A DNA stretch of 64,000 nt from Coleofasciculus sp. B1-GNL1-01 (GTDB lineage Bacteria > Cyanobacteriota > Cyanobacteriia > Cyanobacteriales > Coleofasciculaceae). The DNA lies in the NCBI GenBank assembly GCA_040220235.1, contig JAVJTO010000053.1; one strand, written 5' to 3'. The position numbers and the translations under genes are program-made. The notes under the pieces are model-generated. The model was not told the DNA's origin and searched no databases. It saw only the letters and a program-made list of their open reading frames with translations. Numbering within the stretch: position 1 is the first letter of the stretch; every line of letters begins with the position of its first letter. Below are positions 50,049 through 60,751 of this stretch, piece by piece.

Positions 50049-50145
50049 TTCTCCATGAGTGATGAAATTGCCCTCAATATCGTGGACAATCAACGATAAG
50101 CGACGATTTCAGTGTTAAGTTTTATAGAGTAGAAACGCGATCGCA

Positions 50146-50817
50146 ATGGATTATCCTGATATTGATATTGCTCCTCTGATTGATCATGCCCTCCTCTCGC
50201 CCACGGCGACACCCGAACAGGTAGAAAAATGTTGTCGTCAGGCAGATCGATTTCGGTTTGCCACAGTCTGTGTCTATCCAGTCTATGTCAAACTGGCGGC
50301 GGAACTCTTACATAACAAAGCTCCCAACGTCTGTACCGTGATTGGCTTTCCCACTGGCGCTACTACAACTGCGGCTAAACTCTACGAAGCCCAAGAAGCG
50401 GTAGAAAATGGCGCGACTGAATTGGATGTCGTGCTTCATTTAGGGGCATTAAAAACGGGGAACACTGATGCTATCTATCGCGAAATTGCCCAAATCTGCG
50501 AGGAAACCGGGCAAACCGTCAAAGTTATCTTGGAAACAACGCTTTTAACTGACACTGAAAAACAACTCGCCGCCGAAATTTGCATTGATGCTGGAGCGCA
50601 ATTTCTCAAAACCAGTACAGGTTGGCATGGAGGTGCAACGGTGTCAGATGTCAAATTCTTGAAAGACTTGACAAAAGGACAAATCGGAATTAAAGCTTCA
50701 GGAGGTATCCGCACCATCGAACAAGCGTTAGATTTAGTCATAGCCGGAGCAACCCGACTAGGAACCTCTCGTGGACCAGAGTTGTTGCAACAGCGTGAGG
50801 AAAAAGATGAAGAATGA
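50146..50817 (+). CDS. deoC: Deoxyribose-phosphate aldolase
   Basis: [47 protein letters not shown]. Confidence 0.97.
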   Translation: MDYPDIDIAPLIDHALLSPTATPEQVEKCCRQADRFRFATVCVYPVYVKLAAELLHNKAPNVCTVIGFPTGATTTAAKLYEAQEAVENGATELDVVLHLGALKTGNTDAIYREIAQICEETGQTVKVILETTLLTDTEKQLAAEICIDAGAQFLKTSTGWHGGATVSDVKFLKDLTKGQIGIKASGGIRTIEQALDLVIAGATRLGTSRGPELLQQREEKDEE

Positions 50818-51014
50818 AAAGGTACAGTCTGTAGGGGCGGGTTTAGGGATTAATATTGATTGTTGTTATCAACGTTTCTACAAAACCCGCCCTGACCGAG
50901 GTGTAGGGGGGATTTGACGACTAACATTTTTTGCCACCCAGATGTGACTAAACCCACCCTGACCAATAAACCATGAACTATGAACCATGAACCATGAACA
51001 ATAAACCATGAACC

Positions 51015-51884
51015 ATGACAAAAACCTATAACGCCACTGGAATTAATCTAAAAAGTATGCCGCTAGGTGAAGCCGATCGCCTAGTCACGATTTTAACGCC
51101 AGAGTGGGGATTGATTCGGGTAGTGGCACCAGGTTCCCGCAAACAGAACTCGAAATTGGCGGGTAGAATGGGCTTGTTTGTCGTGAATCAGTTACTGATC
51201 TACAAAGGGCGATCGCTTGATAAAATTACTCAAGCTGAAACCTTGGAATCCTATCCGGGATTGGCGAAGGATTTAGGGAAACTAGCAGCTAGTCAGTACC
51301 TAGCGGAATTAGTCTTGTGTCATGCTCTAAGTGAGCAACCCCAAGCCGAATTGTACGCTTTATTTAATGAGCATCTGCGGCGATTGGAACAGTTACCCCC
51401 ATTAAGCAGCAGTTCCTCCGGTACATCCCTCCTTTTGGCACACCTTTGCCAGGGGATTTTTCACCTATTGGCGTTAGCTGGGATTGCGCCGCAAGTGCAA
51501 CAGTGTTGTATCTCTCAGCACCCGATTCAGCCTGATTTTACGGATCAGAATTGGCACGTCGGGTTTAGTGTGGAGGCGGGGGGAACCTATACTTTGGCAG
51601 TAGAGGCATCTCAACCTGAGAATCGGTTCCATCCCGTTACTAACCGTAGTCAGGGAGTGGCTCAATCCCCTTTACCCCGCTTAACCTGTAAACTGAATGC
51701 CGTTGAATTGACAATAGTACAACAACTCGCGGCGGCGGAGTTATCCCAGGCATCCCTAGGCGCGATCGCTCCCCTCTGGGTAAAAGTGGAGCGCATGTTA
51801 CGGGATTATGCCCAGTATCACTTTGGTCGTTCCATTCGTTCAGCTACGTTAGTAGACGCCTTGGCGATGTCTGCCGAATCATAG
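51015..51884 (+). CDS. recO: DNA repair protein RecO
   Basis: [21 protein letters not shown]...VAPGSRK OB-fold N-terminus; follows deoC. Confidence 0.93.
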   Translation: MTKTYNATGINLKSMPLGEADRLVTILTPEWGLIRVVAPGSRKQNSKLAGRMGLFVVNQLLIYKGRSLDKITQAETLESYPGLAKDLGKLAASQYLAELVLCHALSEQPQAELYALFNEHLRRLEQLPPLSSSSSGTSLLLAHLCQGIFHLLALAGIAPQVQQCCISQHPIQPDFTDQNWHVGFSVEAGGTYTLAVEASQPENRFHPVTNRSQGVAQSPLPRLTCKLNAVELTIVQQLAAAELSQASLGAIAPLWVKVERMLRDYAQYHFGRSIRSATLVDALAMSAES

Positions 51885-52082
51885 ACCCGCCATACATAAT
51901 TTACGGACACCGCGTATCTTTAGACAAGGGCGAGTCGAGACAGGTTAATTCTCACACCGCCATATTTGTGCAGCGACTCGCCCCTACAACCGCACTAATC
52001 CCGAACATCCTGCAAATCATGGCAATCGATTCCCTATAAATAATTTGTGGTCTAATTTAGCATCTGTCCACAAACGAACATA

Positions 52083-52166
52083 GACGGTTTTTACGGCGAA
52101 AGCCGTCCTCCACGAAGTCAAAAGCCCACACTCTACCTGGATAGAGGTGAACCCTGGGTAGTTCAC
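52083..52166 (+). mobile_element. Orphan IS200/IS605 right-end / reRNA-like remnant
   Basis: GACGGTTTT..AAAGCCGTC stem, then GAAGTCAAAAGCCCAC..GGGTAGTTCAC, resembling tnpB 3' ends; no tnpB ORF. Confidence 0.4.
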
Positions 52167-52276
52167 ATGCGATGATAGAGAAAGTGTAGTTTCATACAAA
52201 ACCGATCAAAATACCTGGAGTGGACGATTCACCCATTGGGGTTGATCAGCCACAGCAGCCAACTGAAGAGTAAAGA

Positions 52277-53722
52277 ATGCGATTATCTGAATCTGAATCC
52301 AAACGAGTTAACCAACATCCTGTCCAAAAAAAGTCATCGTCTGCGACTAAGCGCAATTATCGAGAACCTCACCAGCCGCCGCGTCAAACAGAGAACATCC
52401 CAGCGAAAACGGCTGAACCGACTGCTGAAGCAGGCAAACGGGGGTTTGTACCCGTTCTGAAAAATGGTAATTTCTTAACCTTATGGAGTGGTCAGGTTTT
52501 TTCTCAGCTTGCCGATAAAATCTATCTGGTGTTGATGATTGCCTTGATTGCTAGCCACTTTCAGGCGGCGGGAACCAGTATCAGTGGTTGGGTTTCAGCC
52601 TTGATGATTGCCTTCACGATTCCGGCTGTCCTGTTTGGTTCCCTGGCGGGGGTATTCGTGGATCGCTGGTCAAAAAAGGCGGTACTTGTCTCAACGAATC
52701 TGCTGCGAGGTGTCTTGGTTTGGTCAGTTCCGGCGGTGTTATGGCTGACTCAGGATTGGAGTCCCATCTATAAGTTGCCCGTCGGCTTCTATGGCTTGTT
52801 GATTATTACATTCTTGGTGTCCACCTTAACCCAGTTTTTTGCTCCGGCTGAACAAGCGGTTATTCCGTTGATTGTCAAGCGTCATCATTTGCTCTCGGCG
52901 AATTCCCTTTATACCACGACGATGATGGCATCCTTGATTATTGGATTTGCCGTAGGTGATCCGTTATTAGCCTTGACCGATAAATTGGTGGCGCAGTTAG
53001 GGATTGATTGGCAATTTGGCAAGGAATTGGTTGTCGGTGGGGGGTATGCGATCGCGGGATTGTTGCTGCTAGTGCTGAGAACAGGTGAAAACACTGAACC
53101 GACTGAAGGTGAAACTCCTCACGTTTTTGCCGATATCTGGGATGGACTGCTTTATCTCAAACGGCAACGGCGCGTCCGCAATGCCATGATTCAATTAATC
53201 ATTTTATTCTCCATTTTCGCCGCCTTAGCTGTGTTAGCGGTACGACTCGCCGAAACCCTTCCAGGGATGAAAGCCTCCCAATTTGGTTTCTTGTTGGCAA
53301 TGGGTGGTATTGGAATGGCTGCTGGTGCGGCGATTCTGGGGAATTGGGGTCAGCATTTTACCCACAATCGCTTGAGTCTCTATGGATCAATCGGCATGTC
53401 AGCAGCGCTAGTGGGATTATCGGTATTTACTCATAGTCTCTGGATGGCGTTAGGAATGACCGCCCTGTTGGGGATGTGTGGCGCGATGGTAGGGATTCCC
53501 ATGCAAACCACGATTCAAGCCGAAACCCCGGAAGAGATGCGGGGGAAGGTCTTTGGACTGCAAAATAATGGCGTGAATATTGCCCTGAGTCTGCCCTTAG
53601 CCTTAGCGGGTTTAGCCGAAACCTGGCTGGGTTTAACCCCTGTCTTATTCAGTTTAGCCATAATTGCGATCGCGGGAGGGGGCATAAACTGGTATATTTC
53701 CGATACAGGATCAGCGAGGTGA
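52277..53722 (+). CDS. MFS transporter (MFS_3-like)
   Basis: About 12 TM helices, AGVFVDRWSKK, QFFAPAEQA, MRGKVFG. Confidence 0.93.
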   Translation: MRLSESESKRVNQHPVQKKSSSATKRNYREPHQPPRQTENIPAKTAEPTAEAGKRGFVPVLKNGNFLTLWSGQVFSQLADKIYLVLMIALIASHFQAAGTSISGWVSALMIAFTIPAVLFGSLAGVFVDRWSKKAVLVSTNLLRGVLVWSVPAVLWLTQDWSPIYKLPVGFYGLLIITFLVSTLTQFFAPAEQAVIPLIVKRHHLLSANSLYTTTMMASLIIGFAVGDPLLALTDKLVAQLGIDWQFGKELVVGGGYAIAGLLLLVLRTGENTEPTEGETPHVFADIWDGLLYLKRQRRVRNAMIQLIILFSIFAALAVLAVRLAETLPGMKASQFGFLLAMGGIGMAAGAAILGNWGQHFTHNRLSLYGSIGMSAALVGLSVFTHSLWMALGMTALLGMCGAMVGIPMQTTIQAETPEEMRGKVFGLQNNGVNIALSLPLALAGLAETWLGLTPVLFSLAIIAIAGGGINWYISDTGSAR

Positions 53723-53760
53723 ACCCACGCTGACCAATAGAGACTCACGATTCAACTTGA

Positions 53761-54924
53761 ATGCATATCGCCTGGATCGGAAAAAAATCACCCTTTTGTG
53801 GCAATGTTACTTATGGTCGAGAAGTGACAAATGCTTTACTAGACCGAGGATACCAAGTTAGTTTTCTCCATTTCGCCCAAGAGGAAACCGCCGCAGATCC
53901 CCTGTGTTTGGGTTGTCAGGAGGTCTCCCTCCCTTGTTTGTACAAGTCCCAAGTTTATACAATTCCCTCACCCAAAGCGAGTAAGGTTTTAAAACAGGCT
54001 TTACAGCAACTGCGCCCGGATTTAGTCCATGCGTCTCTTACTTTGTCTCCCTTAGATTTTCTGCTTCCAGAAATCTGTGAAGACCTGAATTTACCCCTGG
54101 TTGCCACATTTCATCCCCCCTTTGATGGCAAACGCCGCAATTTAAAGTCGGGTACCCAACTGGTTGCTTATCAACTCTATGCCCCGTTTTTGGCACATTA
54201 TGATCGCGTAATTATCTTTTCTCAACTGCAACGGGATTTGCTGGTGCGTTTGGGAGTTCCTCGCCATAAACTCGCCGTAATTCCCAATGGAGTTGATGTG
54301 CAGAAATATGCTCCTGGCACATCGAGTTTGAAATTAAAATTTGATGCCCAACGTCTTTTTGTTTATCAAGGTCGCATTGCTACAGAAAAAAATGTAGAGG
54401 CGTTACTCAAGGCGTGGAAACAGTCGGAAATGGGCGATTGCTGTAAGCTTTTGATTGTCGGGAATGGACCTCTGGTTCCCACGTTAAGACCTTTTTATGA
54501 TAGATACGATGGGATTCTCTGGTTAGGATTTGTGGCAGATGAACAGCAGCGGATTGAGATTCTGCAAGCCGCCGATGTATTTATTTTGCCGTCGTTATTA
54601 GAAGGACTCTCCTTATCATTACTCGAAGCCATGGCTTGTGGTTTGGCTTGTGTCGCCACCGATGCGGGGGCGGATGGTGAGGTTTTAGAAGGTGGTGCGG
54701 GTATTATTCTTAATACCCATCGGGTCACGTCTCAATTGAATACGCTATTGCCCTTGTTACGAGATCATACGGAATGGACAACGCTTCTGGGTCAAAAAGC
54801 TAGAGCTAGAGTTTTAGAACGCTATACCCTGAGTGGGAATATTAGTCAATTAGAAATTTTATATAAAGAGGTGTTGAAAGGGACTCAGACTTGTGCGCCC
54901 CACACAAGTACCTCATCGTTATAA
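53761..54924 (+). CDS. Glycosyltransferase family 4
   Basis: IPNGVD, GRIATEKN, FILPSLLEGLSLSLLEAMACG. Confidence 0.95.
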   Translation: MHIAWIGKKSPFCGNVTYGREVTNALLDRGYQVSFLHFAQEETAADPLCLGCQEVSLPCLYKSQVYTIPSPKASKVLKQALQQLRPDLVHASLTLSPLDFLLPEICEDLNLPLVATFHPPFDGKRRNLKSGTQLVAYQLYAPFLAHYDRVIIFSQLQRDLLVRLGVPRHKLAVIPNGVDVQKYAPGTSSLKLKFDAQRLFVYQGRIATEKNVEALLKAWKQSEMGDCCKLLIVGNGPLVPTLRPFYDRYDGILWLGFVADEQQRIEILQAADVFILPSLLEGLSLSLLEAMACGLACVATDAGADGEVLEGGAGIILNTHRVTSQLNTLLPLLRDHTEWTTLLGQKARARVLERYTLSGNISQLEILYKEVLKGTQTCAPHTSTSSL

Positions 54925-55426
54925 GCAATGCCAATGCGGGAGAGGGGGAGGGCAGAGGGAGCTGGGGGGCAGAGGGAGCTGGGGGAGCTGGGGGAGCTGG
55001 GGGAGCAGAGGGAGATGAGGGAGATGAGGGAGATGAGGGAGATGAGGGAGATGAGGGAGATAGGGAAGTTAACTCAAAATGCTTACCTGTTCCCTGTTCC
55101 CTTACGAATGACCAATGACCAATGACCAATGACCAATGACCAATGACCAATGACAAATGACCTAAATCACTCTGTTGGATGAGTCCAATGGGTGATGTTG
55201 AAGTCGTTACTCTTGTCATATCGTAAAGAAAGGTTACATTTCCCTTATCTGCCAGACGTATCGTGGCACGTCTCTACATCAATTCCCTATTTCTCCCAGC
55301 TTCCCCCACCAACCGCCTGGTCAAGATTGCGCTACAATGTAAAGTAGTGTTAAGTAAAGTAACCAGATATTCATCAACTTAATCTTTACAAAACTAGCGA
55401 CCTCGATCCGTCCAAGAGGAATAACA

Positions 55427-56926
55427 GTGACTCAGACAGCACCAAATCCCAAGAAAAGCCAGTTAAATCGTTCTCCTATCGCCAAGCCTGCCGAACTCAA
55501 ACAGGATGTCGATATCGTCTTCTATCTACCTGAAGCAGAACCCGACACTTATGAACAGGATGCAGGTTCCTCTTCCCTACCTGGAACTGAGAACGCCCAA
55601 AAAGGCTGGCTATCTGGCGGGAAAGGGCTGTTTTTAGGCATCGGGATTGGTGTCCTCTTAGCGTTAGGGGCGACGCGCTTAGTCTCGTCTCAACAAGCAG
55701 ACGCCCCAACCGCAGCCCCCCCTGTCGCCACATCATCTGCCCCTAGTCAAAGCGTAACTGTAGCCCAAGTGACATCCGAGAGTGTCAACCGCCGCTTAGA
55801 CGCCACTGGAAGTGTCGCCGCTTTTGAAATGAGTCCCGTCCTGTCTCAGGCGACAGGGTTGCAGATTCAACAGGTGTTGGTGGAAGAAGGACAAGTTGTC
55901 AAAACTGGACAATTGTTAGCCCGCCTCGATGATTCGGTACTCCAGGCACAATTAAGTCAAGCCCAAGCCTCCGTCGCCCAAGCAGAAGCCCGCCTCGCGG
56001 AACTCCGGGCGGGTTCCCGTAGCGAAGAAATTGCCCGGGCTAAAGAAGCGGTGAGAAGCGCTGAATCTGCTGTTGCAGCCGCTGAGTCAGACTTAGAATT
56101 AGCCAGAACCCGGGTCGATCGCAATAAAATACTCCAAGCTGAAGGGGCGATTGCCCGCGATCGCTTAGATGAAGTCTACAATCAAGAACGCAGTAGCCGT
56201 TCCCAACTAGAACAAGCACAAGCCCGGTTACGAGAAGCCAACCAGCAACTTGCCCAACTTCAGGCTGGACCTAGGCGGGAAGTGATTACTCAAGCCGAAG
56301 CCCAACTCGCCCAGGCACAGGCACAGGTACAATCCACGATGGCACAACTCAACAACACCCGCATCGTGGCTCCTGTGAGTGGTAAAATAGCCGAACGCAA
56401 TGCCCGTGTGGGAGATGTCACCTCTGGTTCCCAAACTCTATTCAAAATCATCGAAAATGGACGTTTAGAACTGATTGCCACTGTTCCTGAAACCCAACTT
56501 CCCCAAATTAAACCGGGACAATCGGTAACGATTACCTCTGACGCAGATAGTAGTTTACAACTGTCGGGTAAAGTTCGGGAAATTGACCCGATGATTGATG
56601 AAGCCTCCCGTCAGGCGCAGGTGAAGATCGATTTACCTGCCTCAGCATCATTAAAACCGGGTATGTTTTTACGGGCGTCGATTACCACCTCAGCCGCCCA
56701 AGGGTTAACGTTACCTGCCAAAGCTATTTTGCCTCAAAGTGACGGTAGTGCGATCGCCTATATAGTGCAACCCGATAATACGGTTAAAGCCCAGTCTGTA
56801 GAGGTGGGTGAACTTCTGAGTGATAATCAGGTGGAAATTAAAAGTGGGTTGTCTGTAGGCGATCGCGTGGTGGTTAAGGGTGCCGCTTATTTAAAAGATG
56901 GTGATCAGGTTGATGTTGTTAATTAG
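55427..56926 (+). CDS. RND efflux periplasmic adaptor (HlyD/AcrA-like)
   Basis: TM anchor, lipoyl halves VEEGQVVKTGQLLARLD and IVAPVSGKI, long coiled coil, LKPGMF. Confidence 0.93.
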   Translation: MTQTAPNPKKSQLNRSPIAKPAELKQDVDIVFYLPEAEPDTYEQDAGSSSLPGTENAQKGWLSGGKGLFLGIGIGVLLALGATRLVSSQQADAPTAAPPVATSSAPSQSVTVAQVTSESVNRRLDATGSVAAFEMSPVLSQATGLQIQQVLVEEGQVVKTGQLLARLDDSVLQAQLSQAQASVAQAEARLAELRAGSRSEEIARAKEAVRSAESAVAAAESDLELARTRVDRNKILQAEGAIARDRLDEVYNQERSSRSQLEQAQARLREANQQLAQLQAGPRREVITQAEAQLAQAQAQVQSTMAQLNNTRIVAPVSGKIAERNARVGDVTSGSQTLFKIIENGRLELIATVPETQLPQIKPGQSVTITSDADSSLQLSGKVREIDPMIDEASRQAQVKIDLPASASLKPGMFLRASITTSAAQGLTLPAKAILPQSDGSAIAYIVQPDNTVKAQSVEVGELLSDNQVEIKSGLSVGDRVVVKGAAYLKDGDQVDVVN

Positions 56927-57140
56927 TGTAAGTTGTAGGGGATAATGTTTCAAATGTGCCATGGTACGTTTGGAATCAAGGCTGTAGGGGCGGGTTTTAC
57001 GGATAACGTTTGGCAGGGAACTTTTAACTTAACTAAACCCGCCCTTGATGCTAAACGGCGCTAATACAGTCAGGAACTCCACGGCTAAGAGACGCGCCAT
57101 GGCGCGTCTCTACAAATATCGCAGTTTTGTACATGGGAAG

Positions 57141-57512
57141 ATGAATAGTCAGAGTTATCTGGATTTGCCCGTCTATCAGTTAGCCTTCAATGCAGCGATG
57201 CAAATTTTTGAGATAAGCAAAACATTTCCCGCCGACGAACAATTTTCATTAACGGATAATATCCGCCGTTCCTCACGTTCTGTCTGTGCCAATCTAGCAC
57301 AAGCTTGGTGCAAACGACGTTATGAAGACGAATTTGTTGTTAAGTTGAATGACTTGGAAGCCGAAGTGTCTGAAACTCAGACATTACTTGATTTTGCGGT
57401 AAAATGTGGTTATATAAATCCAGAAATTAATCGAGACATTAATCAAAGTTATAAGCAAATTTTGGAAGCGTTGGTGAATATGATTAAGAATCCATCTCTC
57501 TGGCTGATGTGA
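57141..57512 (+). CDS. Four-helix-bundle protein (23S rRNA IVP-like family)
   Basis: SYLDLPVYQLA..FPADEQFSLTDNIRRSSRSVCANLAQAW..EVSETQTLL..CGY. Confidence 0.88.
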   Translation: MNSQSYLDLPVYQLAFNAAMQIFEISKTFPADEQFSLTDNIRRSSRSVCANLAQAWCKRRYEDEFVVKLNDLEAEVSETQTLLDFAVKCGYINPEINRDINQSYKQILEALVNMIKNPSLWLM

Positions 57513-57561
57513 TACTAACGTTAGATCGGCGCTAAAGCGCAACTACGTACAAACGAAGTTT

Positions 57562-60500
57562 ATGTCTTTTAACCTATCCGCTTGGTCAATTAAAAAACCT
57601 GTTCCGACGATTGTTTTATTCCTAATTTTGGGTATCTTTGGTTTGGTGTCCTTTTTTCGCTTAGGAATTGACAGTAATCCGAATATCGATATTCCCGCCG
57701 TGATGGTGACGGTTACCCAAGCCGGTGCGGGACCCACAGAATTAGAAACTCAAGTCACTAAGAAAATAGAAGATTCGGTGGCGGGGTTAGGAAATATTGA
57801 TGAACTCACCTCCACTGTCACGGAAGGGAGTTCCACCACTACCGTTAGTTTTGTCCTGGGAACGGATAGCGATCGCGCGACGAATGATGTGCGGAATGCG
57901 GTTGCCCAAATTCGTCAGGATTTACCCCAAGATGTGAATGAACCGATTGTCAAGCGCCTAGAGTTTGCGGGCGGTTCGGTTATGACATACTCGGTGGCGT
58001 CTGAGACGCGATCGGTGGAAGAATTAAGTGATTTAGTCGATCGCACGATTAGCCGCGCCCTGCTGAATGTACCCGGAGTGGCGCAAATTGACCGTTTGGG
58101 GGGTGTGGATCGGGAAATTCGGGTTGATCTTGATCCGAGTCGCTTGCAAGCTTATGGGATTACCGCCACCCAAGTCAATGATCAAATTCGCAATTTGAAT
58201 ATTGACTTACCCGGAGGGCGGGGAAATGTCGGCGGAAGTGAGCAAAATATTCGGACTCTGGGAAGTGCAGAAACGGTTGCGGAATTACGAAGTTATCGGA
58301 TTGTTCTCCCCAATGGCGCGACGGTTCCCTTATCTAGTTTAGGGGAGGTTGAAGATAGTTTTGCCGAACAGCGACAGGCGGCGTCGTTGAATGGGGAATC
58401 CGTGGTGGCTTTTTCAGTGCGGCGGAGTACGGGTAGCACCTTAGTCACCGTGGAAGAAGGGGTGCGTGAAGCTGTTTCAGAATTGGAAAAAACCCTACCA
58501 GACGATGTAAGTCTGGAACTGATTTTCACCCGTGCCGATGCGATTCGGGATTCCTATCAAGCCACGATTGATGCCTTAATTTTAGCCTGTATTTTAACAG
58601 TGATTGCCGTCGGTTTGTTTTTGCGGGATTGGCGAGTCACACTGATTACGGCTACAGCGTTACCCCTGTCAATTATTCCCACATTTGGGGTGATGAAACT
58701 GTTGGGGTACACCTTAAACGGGATGACATTATTGGCATTAGCCTTAGCCGTGGGGAACTTGGTTGATGATGCGATTTGTATGATTGAAAACATCGACCAA
58801 CATTTAGATATGGGCAAAAAGCCCTTTAACGCTGCATTGGATGCTTCACGGGAAATTGGTTTGGCGGTGGTGGCGACAACTGCCACGATTGTGGCGGTGT
58901 TTCTTCCGGTGGCATTTATGGGGGGTGTACCAGGTCAGTTTTTCCAACCCTTTGGGGTTACGGTGGCGGTGTCTACGATGTTTTCTACATTGGTGGCTTG
59001 TACGATGACACCGATGTTGAGTGCCTATTTGCTGAAATCGAAAGGGAATAGGGAACAGAGAACCCTTTCAGGGCAGGCAGGGAACGGGGAACAGGGACTT
59101 AGAAAAAAACGAATTCACCCTTACCGCAATCTACTCACTTGGGCATTACGTCATCGGATTACAACCTTATTAATTGCGGTTGCTTTCTTTATCGGTAGTT
59201 TACAACTGGTGCCGTTAATTCCCAAGGGGTTATTTGATAGTGGGGATACGGGGTTGAGTACAGTGATGGTTGAACTTCCCCCTGGATCAACCTTGAGTGA
59301 AACTGAAGCGATTATGCAACAACTCAACCAGTCGTTGCAAGAAAATCAGGCGGTTGAGAAGGTTTTTACGACGGCGGATCAGATCAATTCGGGTACAGTC
59401 TACGCCAACCTGGTACCTAAAGATGAACGCGAGGTTTCCCAGCAGGAATTTGAACAACAAATGCGCCAGGTGTTCCAAACCATTCCGGGGGCGCGGATTA
59501 GTTTCCAAAGTCAAGGTGCTGGGGGAGGAGGAAAGGATTTATCCATTGTTCTCAAGAGTGAAAATGCCCCAGCGCTGACGCAAACGGCGGAAACGTTGGA
59601 AAAGCAGATGCGCGATATTCCGGGATTGGTGGAAGTCACTTCCAGTACCAGTTTAGTTAAGCCGGAAATTGTGATTCAGCCTGATCCAGAACGGGCGGCA
59701 GATTTGGGGGTGTCTGTGGGTGCGATCGCCCGAACGGCATCGTTAGCGTTAATTGGCGATAATGAGTCGAATCTGGCAAAGTTTGATTTAGCGGATCGGC
59801 AGATTCCAATTCGGGTACAACTTGATCCAGAAACTCGCGCCGATATTAGTACGCTGAAAAATTTACAGGTTCCCAGTCAAACCGGGAATTTGGTTCCGAT
59901 TAGTGCCGTTGCTGATATTCGTTTAGGAAGTGGTCCAGCGCAAATTGACCGTTTTGATCGCAATCGTCAGGTATCGGTGGAAGCGAATTTAGAGGGGATT
60001 TCTCTAGGCGATGCGTTAGAAAAGGTGAAAGCATTACCAGCGATGAATCCCCTCCCGCCCGATGTGGCTGAGGAACCGGCTGGTGATGCCAAGATTATGC
60101 AGGATATTTTTACCCGATTTGCGACAGCATTAGGGGCGGCGATTCTCTCGATTTATGCGATTCTGGTGTTGCTGTATAGCAATTTCTTGTATCCATTTGG
60201 GATTTTAGTCGCCCTACCGTTATCGATTGGTGGGGCGTTACTGGGGTTGTTAGTCACGCAGAAAGAGTTGGGCTTGTTTGCCTTAATTGGGATTGTACTG
60301 CTGATGGGATTGGTGACTAAAAATGCAATTTTATTAGTAGACTTTGCTTTGGCGGGGATAAAAGAAGGAAAACCCCAATTTAAGGCAGTTGTTGAGGCGG
60401 GGGTGTCTCGGTTACGCCCAATTTTGATGACCTCAGTGTCTACGATCGCGGGGATGATGCCCATCGCCTTAGAATTAGGTGCAGATGGTGAAGTACGCAG

Positions 60501-60648
60501 TCCCATGGCGATCGCGGTAATTGGTGGGTTTACGACTTCAACCTTGTTAACCTTGGTGGTGGTTCCCGTGTTATTTACTTATGTGGATAACTTATATCGC
60601 TGGATTCGCGGATTATTTGGGGGAAAGAAAAAGCCGGTTCAGTTATAA
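57562..60648 (+). CDS. RND efflux transporter permease (AcrB/AcrD/AcrF family)
   Basis: GNLVDDAI..ENI, TPMLSA, KNAILLVDF, RLRPILMT. Confidence 0.96.
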   Translation: MSFNLSAWSIKKPVPTIVLFLILGIFGLVSFFRLGIDSNPNIDIPAVMVTVTQAGAGPTELETQVTKKIEDSVAGLGNIDELTSTVTEGSSTTTVSFVLGTDSDRATNDVRNAVAQIRQDLPQDVNEPIVKRLEFAGGSVMTYSVASETRSVEELSDLVDRTISRALLNVPGVAQIDRLGGVDREIRVDLDPSRLQAYGITATQVNDQIRNLNIDLPGGRGNVGGSEQNIRTLGSAETVAELRSYRIVLPNGATVPLSSLGEVEDSFAEQRQAASLNGESVVAFSVRRSTGSTLVTVEEGVREAVSELEKTLPDDVSLELIFTRADAIRDSYQATIDALILACILTVIAVGLFLRDWRVTLITATALPLSIIPTFGVMKLLGYTLNGMTLLALALAVGNLVDDAICMIENIDQHLDMGKKPFNAALDASREIGLAVVATTATIVAVFLPVAFMGGVPGQFFQPFGVTVAVSTMFSTLVACTMTPMLSAYLLKSKGNREQRTLSGQAGNGEQGLRKKRIHPYRNLLTWALRHRITTLLIAVAFFIGSLQLVPLIPKGLFDSGDTGLSTVMVELPPGSTLSETEAIMQQLNQSLQENQAVEKVFTTADQINSGTVYANLVPKDEREVSQQEFEQQMRQVFQTIPGARISFQSQGAGGGGKDLSIVLKSENAPALTQTAETLEKQMRDIPGLVEVTSSTSLVKPEIVIQPDPERAADLGVSVGAIARTASLALIGDNESNLAKFDLADRQIPIRVQLDPETRADISTLKNLQVPSQTGNLVPISAVADIRLGSGPAQIDRFDRNRQVSVEANLEGISLGDALEKVKALPAMNPLPPDVAEEPAGDAKIMQDIFTRFATALGAAILSIYAILVLLYSNFLYPFGILVALPLSIGGALLGLLVTQKELGLFALIGIVLLMGLVTKNAILLVDFALAGIKEGKPQFKAVVEAGVSRLRPILMTSVSTIAGMMPIALELGADGEVRSPMAIAVIGGFTTSTLLTLVVVPVLFTYVDNLYRWIRGLFGGKKKPVQL

Positions 60649-60751
60649 CTAGGGGCTGCTGAATAAGTGTTGTGGTGGGAATAGGCAATGGGCAATAGGC
60701 AATGGGCAATAGGGACTAGGCAATGGGCAATGGTTTCGAGTCCCTGTTGAG

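Noticed and set aside
55222..55237. NtcA site GTA..TAC upstream of the RND operon
   Set aside because: Spacer is 9 nt rather than 8
57045..57140. N-terminal extension of the four-helix-bundle ORF
   Set aside because: It runs through REP palindromes; family similarity begins at ATG 57141
57141..57512. Four-helix-bundle gene as the Avd of a diversity-generating retroelement
   Set aside because: No reverse transcriptase and no TR/VR repeat pair seen in the window
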